DNA from: Vicinamibacterales bacterium
GTDB taxonomy: Bacteria; Acidobacteriota; Vicinamibacteria; Vicinamibacterales; UBA8438
Assembly (NCBI GenBank): GCA_965242835.1
Contig: OZ251506.1
Coordinates: 13,179 to 77,178, forward strand
Direction: 5' to 3'
DNA length: 64,000 nucleotides
Shown here: piece after piece, positions 41,561-49,656 of the stretch
How positions within the stretch are numbered: position 1 is the stretch's first letter
Layout of the letters: each line of letters opens with the position of its first letter
Program-made: the position numbers and the translations under genes
Notes under the pieces: generated by a model
What the model saw: the letters and a program-made list of their open reading frames with translations, nothing else
Database searches by the model: none
Told to the model about the DNA's origin: nothing

Positions 41561-42420
41561 CGCTTCATCTATCGACCGCGTGGTGTCGGCAGCCCGGCGA
41601 CGAAGCCGCCGGATCGCCGGAATCGCCGGAAGACGAAGCTACCCTGAGCCGGATCGCCGTGAACGTCGATCGGATCCGGCTGACGCAGACGCTCGACGCC
41701 CGGACGATGCGCGTGCACGACGGCGCGAACCTCTCCGCCTACCGGCTGGCGGAGTGGCTGACCTGGAACTGGTGGCGTCTGCGTTGGGAGCCGCCGCACC
41801 AGAACGTGCAGCGCGATCGCCGGCCGGAGTGGCGGCAGGCGCACGAACTCGCGGGCATCGGCGGCGGCTGGCTCTGGCCGAACGTCACCGTCCGGTCTGA
41901 CGGTCTGCGCATCGGGTTGGACGCGCTGCCGTCGCCGGAGGTTGAGACCGAGCCGATGCGCTACCTGGCGAGTCGGAGCACGGCGGTTTCCGCGGAGTCG
42001 TTCGAGGCGGGGGTCGACGACTTCGTGGAGCGCGTGCTGGCGCGGCTGGACGAGTGCGCGCTCGGCGGCACGGACCTGGCCACCGCCTGGAAAGAACTGG
42101 CGGCCGAGCGCGCCGACCCGGAATCGGCCGCGTACCGGAAGGTCGAGGCGTTCCTCGGCCGCGACGTGGACGAGGCCGATCCGCGGCAGGTGGAACGGAT
42201 CATTCTGGACGGGCGGACGCTCGGCAGCGCGGCCATGTCGGAAGTGGCGGCCGCCGGGTTTCACACCGCCGACGAGCTCCGCGAGGAGGCGCGCAGCGCG
42301 GGCTTCGATACGAGCGCCGACAACCGGGCGCGGGTGCCTGTCCCGAGAAGCGTGATTTCCGGCACTACTCCATCGACAATGTATCCTGCCTTTGGACCTC
42401 GCGTCCCCTCCGCATACTGA
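41557..42420 (+). CDS. Hypothetical 287-aa protein
   Basis: The start overlaps the upstream stop (ATGA). Sequence: ...NLSAYRLAEWLTWNWWRLRWEPPH...GGGWLWPNVTVRSDG... I recognise no family. Confidence 0.5.
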   Translation: MTLHLSTAWCRQPGDEAAGSPESPEDEATLSRIAVNVDRIRLTQTLDARTMRVHDGANLSAYRLAEWLTWNWWRLRWEPPHQNVQRDRRPEWRQAHELAGIGGGWLWPNVTVRSDGLRIGLDALPSPEVETEPMRYLASRSTAVSAESFEAGVDDFVERVLARLDECALGGTDLATAWKELAAERADPESAAYRKVEAFLGRDVDEADPRQVERIILDGRTLGSAAMSEVAAAGFHTADELREEARSAGFDTSADNRARVPVPRSVISGTTPSTMYPAFGPRVPSAY

Positions 42421-42424
42421 CGCC

Positions 42425-43621
42425 ATGAAAAACACTTCCCCCGCCATGCCGTTCATCGCCCCGGCGACTCACGACGACCCGGCTCCGCCTACCGGTATGC
42501 GCCGTTCCGCGGAACCACCGGCCGTGGCGACTCCTCCGCCGTCGTCAGCCGCGTCCTTCGCGAAACGTTCTCTTCCCAGGCCATCCGCCATCTATTCGAT
42601 TCTCTGGCATTTCGCCGACGAGCGCCATCGCGTCTACCTGCAACGGGTCGCCGGACAGCCGCAGCCGTGGACCCGCGATCCCGTGCTGTCGACGTACCGA
42701 TTCACGAACGCCTTCCGCGCCGCCGACCGCGTGAGCCAGTACTTGATCCGCATGGCCTACTCGGACCACGACGCGGACGACGACACGCTGTTCCTCCGGA
42801 CCCTGCTGTTCAAGATCTTCAACCGGATAGACACGTGGGAGAGCATCGTCCGCGCCATCGGGCCGCCCACCGCCGACAGCTTCGACCACCGCGCCTGCGA
42901 AGCGCTCCTCACCGAACGCCGCCGAGCCGGCGGGCGAATCTACTCGGCCGCCTACATCATGCCGACGGGCGGAGACTCCGGATCGCCGAAGCACACGATG
43001 CACCTTCGACTGCTGCGCCGCATGCTCGACGAACGGCTTCCGGCGAAACTCAGACGTTCCCGATCCTTGAAGGACGCCTACGGCCTTCTCCTGGCGTATC
43101 CGACCCTGGGACCGTTTCTCGCGTTCCAGTACGCGATCGACCTCAACTACACGAAGCTGACCTGCCACTCCGAATCGAGCTTCGTCGTGGCCGGCCCCGG
43201 GGCCCTGGACGGGTTGTCGAAGTGCTTCGAATCCCTCGGGGAGTACTCCCCGGACGACGCGATCCTGTGGTTGTCCGACCGCCAGGACGACGAGTTCCGG
43301 CGCGCCGACCGGCCCTTCGACGGGCTGTGGGGACGGTCCCTGCGCCCCATCGACGTCCAGAACCTGTTGTGCGAGGTCTCCAAGTACACCCGCGCGACCC
43401 ACCCCGGGATCAAGGGCCGCGCCGGGCGTGGACGCATCAAGCAGAAGTTCACCGCGGCAGGTCCCTTGCCCCGCCCCTTCTTCCCTCCGAAATGGGAATT
43501 GAACGAGCGCGTCGAAAAGTGGATTGCGGAAAACGGCCACGCTCCGGGCGAACGCCGGCGGCCCCTCCAGACGGATCTGCCGCTCGTCATGACGGCTTCC
43601 GGTAGCCCAGATCCCGGTTGA
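42425..43621 (+). CDS. Putative DNA base hypermodification protein (5-hmdU DNA kinase helical domain / aGPT-pyrophosphorylase-like family)
   Basis: ...IYSILWHFADERHRVYLQRVAGQPQPWTRDPVLSTYRFTNAFRAADRVSQYLIRMAY...LFLRTLLFKIFNRIDTWESI...PFLAFQYAIDLNY... This matches my memory of proteins annotated as 'nucleotide kinase domain-containing / DNA base hypermodification' proteins. It was not searched. Confidence 0.5.
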   Translation: MKNTSPAMPFIAPATHDDPAPPTGMRRSAEPPAVATPPPSSAASFAKRSLPRPSAIYSILWHFADERHRVYLQRVAGQPQPWTRDPVLSTYRFTNAFRAADRVSQYLIRMAYSDHDADDDTLFLRTLLFKIFNRIDTWESIVRAIGPPTADSFDHRACEALLTERRRAGGRIYSAAYIMPTGGDSGSPKHTMHLRLLRRMLDERLPAKLRRSRSLKDAYGLLLAYPTLGPFLAFQYAIDLNYTKLTCHSESSFVVAGPGALDGLSKCFESLGEYSPDDAILWLSDRQDDEFRRADRPFDGLWGRSLRPIDVQNLLCEVSKYTRATHPGIKGRAGRGRIKQKFTAAGPLPRPFFPPKWELNERVEKWIAENGHAPGERRRPLQTDLPLVMTASGSPDPG

Positions 43622-44684
43622 GCAGGTCCAGGGTCACCATGCCGCCTCCATGACGGCCCAGTTCCCGGAACACGCGGAATCCCTCGAGAATGGCCTCTTC
43701 CCACTGCCACAACGGAACCTTGTCGACCTCGAACCCCCTCACGAAACCCTGGATGGTCTTGAGCAGGTCGTAGTCGACACGGTCGATTCCCTCGTAATAG
43801 CCCACTTCCTTCGCTCTGCTGAACACGGTCGCCGACACCGCCTCTTCGATGATGCCGGCCCGCGCGCCGTCCTCGCTTTCGTCCACTTCCGAATTGCTCT
43901 TGCGCTTGCACTTCAACAGACCGCGCAGGATCGGCGACCATCCGAGATATACGGCATATGAGAAATGGAACACGTCGTGGAACCTGTAGCCGTCGGGAGT
44001 GCCGAAATTGTCCGTCAGGCGATCTCCCAGATTGAGACCGTTGCAGCGCAGGATGACGACCGGCCTGTCGCCGCTTCTCGTCTCCCGAAACTCGACCTTC
44101 AGCTTGCGCGGAATCCGCTCCTCCTCCGGGAACTCGCTGTCGAACAGCGGCGCCCCCTTTCGATCCCGCGGCCATCGGCTCCCGGTCTTCTCGACGTTCT
44201 TCCGGGCCGCATCTTCAAGGCAGACGTTCGAACCGGCCGCGACTCGAACAAGAGCCCGCCAGACCGCCGCCAATCCCGGTGACGCATCGGCGTTCGAGTC
44301 CCGTCCCAACGTCTCGATCAGCGCGCCGACAGCGGCGCCGAGCGCAAGCGCATTCTCGACACCTTCTCCATTCGATCGCTCCTGGTCCGCGGCCGCGTCG
44401 TCCAGCTTCGTCACGTCGAACGGCTTCAGAACCGCCGTCAGGCGAGCGAAGTACCACAGAAAATCTCCGAGCTCCTCGCCAAGCCGTTCGGGGGCAATCG
44501 GATAGGCCGCGTCCTCCCGGCTTCTTTTCTTCAGCTCCGCGAGAATGCCGCCGGTTTCACCGAACAGACCCGCGGCCAGAAGCTCGACGTGCTTCGGCTT
44601 CCCGGCCAACCGGTCCGTTCTCTCGGCGCCCTCACGATACCCCACGAACCACGACGCGGCATCCATGCCTTCGTCCTCCTCCAT
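43587..44684 (-). CDS. MazG-like nucleoside triphosphate pyrophosphohydrolase with an extra C-terminal domain
   Basis: ...LLAAGLFGETGGILAELKK...LGEELGDFLWYFARL (MazG EExxE/D-type helix pair). The ATG at 44684 overlaps the vapC stop (TGATG); an alternative ATG lies at 44708. The C-terminal ~200 aa are unassigned. Confidence 0.6.
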   Translation of the reverse strand: MEEDEGMDAASWFVGYREGAERTDRLAGKPKHVELLAAGLFGETGGILAELKKRSREDAAYPIAPERLGEELGDFLWYFARLTAVLKPFDVTKLDDAAADQERSNGEGVENALALGAAVGALIETLGRDSNADASPGLAAVWRALVRVAAGSNVCLEDAARKNVEKTGSRWPRDRKGAPLFDSEFPEEERIPRKLKVEFRETRSGDRPVVILRCNGLNLGDRLTDNFGTPDGYRFHDVFHFSYAVYLGWSPILRGLLKCKRKSNSEVDESEDGARAGIIEEAVSATVFSRAKEVGYYEGIDRVDYDLLKTIQGFVRGFEVDKVPLWQWEEAILEGFRVFRELGRHGGGMVTLDLLNRDLGYRKPS

Positions 44685-45100
44685 CACTCGAGCATCGGCA
44701 TCATGCACCCTTCCGCGCGCGCCGCGGCGCGAAGGGCCCGGTCCAGCGTCGCCAGCGGTAGTCCCCGCCGCATTGCGAGTTCGAGGTACGTCGCATCATA
44801 GGCGGTAAGGTCATGCGCCGCCGCGAGATCGAGGACCGGACCCCAGGCCCGGGTCGTCGAAATCGGATCGACGTCAATCGGCAGCGCATCGAGCTGCATG
44901 CGCAGCCGCGGCCACTCTTCCGTGCCGACCCGGCGGCGGCGCGTCGCGGCGAGAAGGGCGTTGGCCGTCTCCGTCGCCCACAATGCCGGAACCAACGCCC
45001 GGTCGTCGCCCAGCGCGTCCCGCAACCGGCCCGTCGCGCTGGTCGCTTCGTCCCGAAACACCCACGCCATGGTGACCGAGCAATCCAGAACGAACACCAT
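44684..45100 (-). CDS. vapC: PIN-domain toxin (VapC-type)
   Basis: MVFVLDCSVTMAWVFRDE...TETANALL...AHDLTAYDATYLELAMRRGLPLATLDRAL (acidic PIN residues in the expected contexts). Confidence 0.8.
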   Translation of the reverse strand: MVFVLDCSVTMAWVFRDEATSATGRLRDALGDDRALVPALWATETANALLAATRRRRVGTEEWPRLRMQLDALPIDVDPISTTRAWGPVLDLAAAHDLTAYDATYLELAMRRGLPLATLDRALRAAARAEGCMMPMLE

Positions 45101-45864
45101 CAGTAACGCCGCCCTTCGTCGATCATGCGGCGCACCGACATCCCGCCCAGGCTGTGTGACCGTGCGAATTCCTCGAGACCGCGGACCGCTTCCCGAACCG
45201 CGCGCGCGGGGTGTGGTTGAAATGGCGGGATTCTTCGCCGCTTGTCCCACGGCAGGCCCATGAGTTTCCTGTCCCACTCCAGCGGGTCGTTACGACAGCC
45301 AGCTTCATCGAGGCTACGCAGCCACGCCACGCACTCGGCCACCAGATCTTCCGAAAAATTACACTTGTGGCCGGGTCCGCCCTTGCAGACCTCCCTCCTG
45401 AAGGATATCGGAATGTCGGGGCCGTGGCCGCCCCAATAGACGAAATCGTCGCTGACGAGAACACGATCCACCCGGGTATCGTGATCGATGTTTCGACAGT
45501 TCGGTGTTCCGTCCTCGAGACTGTGGTGGGAGTTCGCCTGGATCCACTTGCCGGTGGCGTCGTTCCGGTGATAAATGTTGTCACCGAACGCGTTGCGAAT
45601 ACTGACGTGCAGGTCGGGTCGCTTCTCTCGGAAGCGGAGATCCCGCCAGTACTCGTTGAACGTCATCTTCTCGGTCACGCGCATGGCGAAGACGACGTGC
45701 GCGTCTCGTTTGTGCTTCTTCGACCCGGTTCCCACGATCCAGTCGCCGATCTGGGCCGTTCGCCGTATCTCCGGCTTGCACGTGGCCAGCGTGCAGAATC
45801 CGTGGAACGGATTCGGAGCGAATCCAAAATCTCTCGCCACTACGTACGAATACAGTTTAGGCAC
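45100..45864 (-). CDS. Nmad2-like (nucleotide-modification-associated domain 2) protein fused to an antitoxin-like C-terminal tail
   Basis: N-terminus: (M)PKLYSYVVARDFGFAPNPFHGFCTLATCKPEIRRTAQIGDWIVGTGS... The last ~40 aa (...AVREAVRGLEEFARSHSLGGMSVRRMIDEGRRY) look like the C-terminus of the small antitoxins that precede this kind of PIN toxin. GTG start at 45864; the stop overlaps the vapC ATG. Confidence 0.5.
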   Translation of the reverse strand: MPKLYSYVVARDFGFAPNPFHGFCTLATCKPEIRRTAQIGDWIVGTGSKKHKRDAHVVFAMRVTEKMTFNEYWRDLRFREKRPDLHVSIRNAFGDNIYHRNDATGKWIQANSHHSLEDGTPNCRNIDHDTRVDRVLVSDDFVYWGGHGPDIPISFRREVCKGGPGHKCNFSEDLVAECVAWLRSLDEAGCRNDPLEWDRKLMGLPWDKRRRIPPFQPHPARAVREAVRGLEEFARSHSLGGMSVRRMIDEGRRY

Positions 45865-46351
45865 TCGCCTCTCCTCGTCCGCACGAATAGCGCGGGATCA
45901 TCCGATAGCCGTGCATCGAACCGTCCTGATTGTACCACGCCCCCGATTTGCCGTTGATGGCGTCGATGATGCTCTCACCGTTCCAGCCGACCACGGCGTC
46001 CGCATGGCGATCGAGAGCGGGCGGCAACTCGCAGTCACGCTCGCCCCTCGCCCAGACGCCTACGATCCGCTTGCCCTGCTTCCGGGCGTAGTCGATTTCC
46101 CATTCCACCCATTCGCTGCGCCTGGTTCTTTCCGAGACGTACACCACCAGGCAACCGGCCTGCCGTATGCGCGGAGCGAGTATCTCGGACTTGATGTACT
46201 GCTCGCTGCGCGCGTTGTTCGGGTTGTCCGCGGTTATGGAATAGTCGCGACACGTCATGCCGTGCCGTCCGAGCAGGTCCTTGAGATCCGCCAGGCCGGC
46301 GTCGTCCTCGTGCCGGTGGCTGATGAACACGTTCCTGATCTGTTCCGCCAT
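45857..46351 (-). CDS. TIR-domain protein (DUF1863/ThsB-like)
   Basis: MAEQIRNVFISHRHEDDAGLADLKDLL...CLVVYVSERTRRSEWVEWEIDYARKQGKRIVGV (a conserved Glu in a W..E context). Confidence 0.7.
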   Translation of the reverse strand: MAEQIRNVFISHRHEDDAGLADLKDLLGRHGMTCRDYSITADNPNNARSEQYIKSEILAPRIRQAGCLVVYVSERTRRSEWVEWEIDYARKQGKRIVGVWARGERDCELPPALDRHADAVVGWNGESIIDAINGKSGAWYNQDGSMHGYRMIPRYSCGRGEASA

Positions 46352-46355
46352 CGCC

Positions 46356-46838
46356 TCACTCTCCTTCCTGCCGCTCCAGATTCGTCAGGTCCTCGACGCC
46401 GGCGATCTTCGCCAGCAAGCGGTTGTAGTTACGCAAGTCCGCCTGCAGATGTTCCAGCTGCTCCCGGAATTCCCTTCGCTTCTCCGTGTCCCGGAAAGCG
46501 CCCGACAGAGACTCCCGGTGCCACTTCGCGGTGAACGGGCGCACCACCTGGTTCAGGACGGGTATCGCCACCTTGCTGAATTGCACCGTACCCTTGCCGC
46601 GCCGCCGCAGGATTTCGCGGGTGGTGGGGAACAGCGAGTGGACGCTGTCGAGGGCGGTCTGTTCGTCGCCGACGCTCGCCGGCAGCGGTTGCGTGACGAT
46701 CCGGGTCAGCATCTCGACGTACAGTTCCCACGCGGCGTTTCGGTCTTCGTCGTTGAAGTCGATCTCGACCGTGACCCACTTGGGGCCCAGGCGGACCTTC
46801 GCCAAGCCGAACCGCTCGAAATGATCTCCCAGGTTCAT
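46356..46838 (-). CDS. Hypothetical 160-aa protein, first gene of the TIR sub-block
   Basis: Its stop lies 4 nt from the TIR start. It looks helical, with no TM segment and no family that I recognise. Confidence 0.5.
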   Translation of the reverse strand: MNLGDHFERFGLAKVRLGPKWVTVEIDFNDEDRNAAWELYVEMLTRIVTQPLPASVGDEQTALDSVHSLFPTTREILRRRGKGTVQFSKVAIPVLNQVVRPFTAKWHRESLSGAFRDTEKRREFREQLEHLQADLRNYNRLLAKIAGVEDLTNLERQEGE

Positions 46839-46923
46839 CGCGTCCCTCCAATCTTTCGCGAGGATTCCTGCTCATCCGCCTACTGTGCACCGAGTCCCAA
46901 CAGGCGCTCGAGCGTCGCTGGGT

Positions 46924-47706
46924 TCAGTGAGCCGGGACATTGCGACTTTCCTCGCTTTCCGCGTTCTGGTGGAGATCCATCAGGAGTCTCCGCATGGCGG
47001 CCTTGGATCCGTTCAGATATGCATACGACGAATGAACGGTCAGGCCGCCGATTCTGCTGCCGACCTCGCGCACGACGCAGCACTGGAGTCTGGCGAGACC
47101 CAGCAGGTTGCCCGGAACCTTGTAGCGGTAGTCGTGGCTTCGATACAGCGCGGTCAAGTGCACCGCATCCTGGAACAGCTTGAATGTAAGATGGGAAAGA
47201 CAGGGACCTCCCCTGCGGCGCGTCCCATCCTGCGCGGGGCTGTAGAGAGACATGTCGTATTCGCCTTCAGCAACACCGAGATCATAGCACGATCTCTTTG
47301 GCCCCGGTTTTTTGATTTCGCTCTTCATCTTGTCGATCAACTGTTCCAAGGGGTTGACGTGGCCGCCGCTCGCATCCGACCGTCGGACCAGGCGATGAGC
47401 GTAGGTGCCCCAGTGATTCGACGGATGCTTCTTGATCACGGGATAGACTGTATCGGGATAGTAATCCAGAACCCCAGCAAGACCGCGGTGGCGGTACTCA
47501 TGGCCGGGAAAGATCGTCTCCGCAACCGTGTGCATCGAAAATTGTTTCTCGTCCTTCAGGAACTTGTCGATAATCGAGTGACTTCCGCCAGCCGTCGGCG
47601 ATTCTATCGCCAAGGTCAGATTCAGCATGGGCCCGTGGACCAGCAGATGGTCCGCCGCCTGCATCCAGGCGTCCAGGCGCGTATCGGTTTCGATTAGTTT
47701 CGCCAT
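46924..47706 (-). CDS. Thymidylate synthase / dNMP hydroxymethylase-fold protein
   Basis: ...RRGGPCLSHLTFKLFQDAVHLTALYRSHDYRYKVPGNLLGLARLQCCVVREVGSRIGGLTVHSSYAYL aligns by eye to the ThyA core PCH..FQF.....L.CQLYQRS.D..LG.PFNIASYALL......G......H..GDAHIY, including the catalytic Cys. The ATG at 47706 (or GTG at 47709) overlaps the upstream stop. Confidence 0.6.
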   Translation of the reverse strand: MAKLIETDTRLDAWMQAADHLLVHGPMLNLTLAIESPTAGGSHSIIDKFLKDEKQFSMHTVAETIFPGHEYRHRGLAGVLDYYPDTVYPVIKKHPSNHWGTYAHRLVRRSDASGGHVNPLEQLIDKMKSEIKKPGPKRSCYDLGVAEGEYDMSLYSPAQDGTRRRGGPCLSHLTFKLFQDAVHLTALYRSHDYRYKVPGNLLGLARLQCCVVREVGSRIGGLTVHSSYAYLNGSKAAMRRLLMDLHQNAESEESRNVPAH

Positions 47707-48338
47707 CACGCCGCATCCTCCGTCAGCACCAGCACGTCCCGCAGGTGCTGGATCATGAAGGCGTCATCGAGCCAGGCATGGCCGGCGTCGGCCCACGCCG
47801 CGCCCCAACTGTTCCGGATGAGGAAGCGGCGCGCCGTGTGCGTCGTACCGATTCCCACGGCCGCGACCGCGTGGAGTCCTCTGACCGGGCCGGCCGAGGA
47901 GATGACCCACGGCGCAGTCGGAGCATAGAAGGCGTCCGTCGTCGAAATGCCCAGAACGGGGACGTGGCCGGCGTCGAGAAGCGCTTCGACGTCATCCGGA
48001 CTCTGCTGCGCCGACGCGCTCCGTCGCCGATACAGGGTCAGATTCGCGGGCGGCGTCCACGCGGGCGGCGGTTCGCTCTCCTGATACGGGCAATCCGATT
48101 CGACAGGTTGTCCGGGGTCGAGAAGGGCGCGGGAGACGTTCGGGAAGTCGACGCCCGTGGGGGAGTCGGTGCTTCCCGAAGCGAAGTGGTGCAGGTACTC
48201 GGGCGACAGCGCCACCGTCGATCCGCGTGCATGTTCGTGCACCGTCGTGGACGCGTGCGCGAGGCAGGTCGGACGCGCTCCCTGATCGCGAACCGGACCG
48301 AGCAGCGGGCGGTAGTCGTGGCGGATGGTGACGTTCAT
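47706..48338 (-). CDS. Papain-like (C1 family) cysteine peptidase, cytoplasmic
   Basis: LGPVRDQGARPTCLAHAST (Cys), GLHAVAAVGIG (His), FLIRNSWGAAWADAGHAWL (Asn / NSWG). No signal peptide. The ATG at 48338 overlaps the upstream stop (ATGA). Confidence 0.7.
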   Translation of the reverse strand: MNVTIRHDYRPLLGPVRDQGARPTCLAHASTTVHEHARGSTVALSPEYLHHFASGSTDSPTGVDFPNVSRALLDPGQPVESDCPYQESEPPPAWTPPANLTLYRRRSASAQQSPDDVEALLDAGHVPVLGISTTDAFYAPTAPWVISSAGPVRGLHAVAAVGIGTTHTARRFLIRNSWGAAWADAGHAWLDDAFMIQHLRDVLVLTEDAA

Positions 48339-49318
48339 GCAACCCGTTCCAGGGCGCCGCGTCTGGTGCGCCGCGCCCAACCTTCACGTTCTTTTCCGTG
48401 CCCGTCGACGTCGATCCGGATGCGGGCCAGGGTGGCGCGGCTCCACGGCCGGACGTGTTCGAAGACGAGTTCATGCACGCCGGGCGCCTTGAACCTCACG
48501 TACGACACCCGTGACGATCGCGCGCCATACGCGTGATCGAGATCCGGCGTCCGCTCGCCGACGACGTCGACCTCGGCGTCCGCGTCGACGAGACGCCAGA
48601 CGTAACCGGCGGAGGCGTGGTCCTGGACGTGGACGGCGAACAGGTCGTCGGGGCCTGCTTCAATGAACGTCTCGCTGTCGGCCGCCGTCAGCGCCCACAC
48701 GTCAGCCCACGAGTTCGTGATCGATCCCGCGGGCGCCAACTCGTGCTTCAGCGTCTTCACCGACGTTTTCTGGAGTTGGCGGACTTCGGGGCGCGTGAGA
48801 ACCCCGGACGTGACCAAGGCCCAGCACGCGGCTTGGTAGCTGATGCCCAACCGCAGGGACAGTTGATAGATGTTGGAGGGCAGGCGGAGCTTGTCCCTGG
48901 TCCACTCATGACGCTGCGCGGACGCGAGAAGGAGGCGCTTCGGAGCCAGAAGCTCGGCGGCGAACGCATCCGCCGCCGCCTCGTGCGTCGGTCTCGACGC
49001 CGGTGCGTTCCGTCCCGCGAACCCGACCGCCTCGTCGAGGCTCGTTCGGTGTCCGAGCCACAGATGGCCGAGTTCGTGGGCGACCGTGAACCGTTGCACC
49101 GGCAACCCGAGTTTCGAGGTCACGATGATTCCGCGCGCCTGGTCGTTGACGGTGATGAACGCGCCCCACAGCTTGTCCAGCGGCCGGAACAGCAGCGGGA
49201 TGCCGCGGTCGGCGACGGCCCCGATGACGTCGAAGCTGGTCCGGGCGCCGATCGGCGACTCGTCGAACACGGCCGCGGCCCCGCTGACGGCGCGCAGTAT
49301 CTCCGTGCGCCTGGTCAT
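48335..49318 (-). CDS. ImmA/IrrE-type zinc metallopeptidase fused to a chagasin-like (I42) cysteine-peptidase-inhibitor domain
   Basis: The N-terminal half has FTVAHELGHLWLGH (HExxH) plus ...EAAADAFAAELLAP. The C-terminal ~110 aa (48338-48676) read ...LFAVHVQDHASAGYVWRL...YGARSSRVSYVRFKAPGVHELVFEHVRPWS... Compare the chagasin motifs NPTTG(F/Y)xW, G.GG and RPW. Confidence 0.6.
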   Translation of the reverse strand: MTRRTEILRAVSGAAAVFDESPIGARTSFDVIGAVADRGIPLLFRPLDKLWGAFITVNDQARGIIVTSKLGLPVQRFTVAHELGHLWLGHRTSLDEAVGFAGRNAPASRPTHEAAADAFAAELLAPKRLLLASAQRHEWTRDKLRLPSNIYQLSLRLGISYQAACWALVTSGVLTRPEVRQLQKTSVKTLKHELAPAGSITNSWADVWALTAADSETFIEAGPDDLFAVHVQDHASAGYVWRLVDADAEVDVVGERTPDLDHAYGARSSRVSYVRFKAPGVHELVFEHVRPWSRATLARIRIDVDGHGKEREGWARRTRRGALERVA

Positions 49319-49656
49319 TTCGTCTTCCTCGATCTCAGGAATTGCGCGAATCGCAGCACCTCGCCCCGATCCGTGTCCGACAGATCGGTGGCGGCGCGCG
49401 CCAGCAGGCGGACCGACTCCGGCTGAGAGGCTTCCTGGCCATGACCCGCGAGGCTCTCCATCGTGGTCTGGTACAGCTTGGCCAGTCGGCCGAGTTCTTC
49501 GACGCTGACACGCCGGGCGCCGCTCTCGATCAGCGAGATCGCCGACCGCGGCACACCGAGATGGCCGGCGACCTCCTCCTGGGAGAATCCGCGGTACTCG
49601 CGCTCCTCTCTGAGCCGTTTTCCGAGGACGTTCCGAGTCGTTCCCCGGTCGTTCAT
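49315..49656 (-). CDS. XRE-family helix-turn-helix transcriptional regulator
   Basis: ...LGKRLREEREYRGFSQEEVAGHLGVPRSAISLIESGARRVSVEELGRLAKLY... It overlaps both neighbours by ATGA. Confidence 0.85.
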   Translation of the reverse strand: MNDRGTTRNVLGKRLREEREYRGFSQEEVAGHLGVPRSAISLIESGARRVSVEELGRLAKLYQTTMESLAGHGQEASQPESVRLLARAATDLSDTDRGEVLRFAQFLRSRKTK

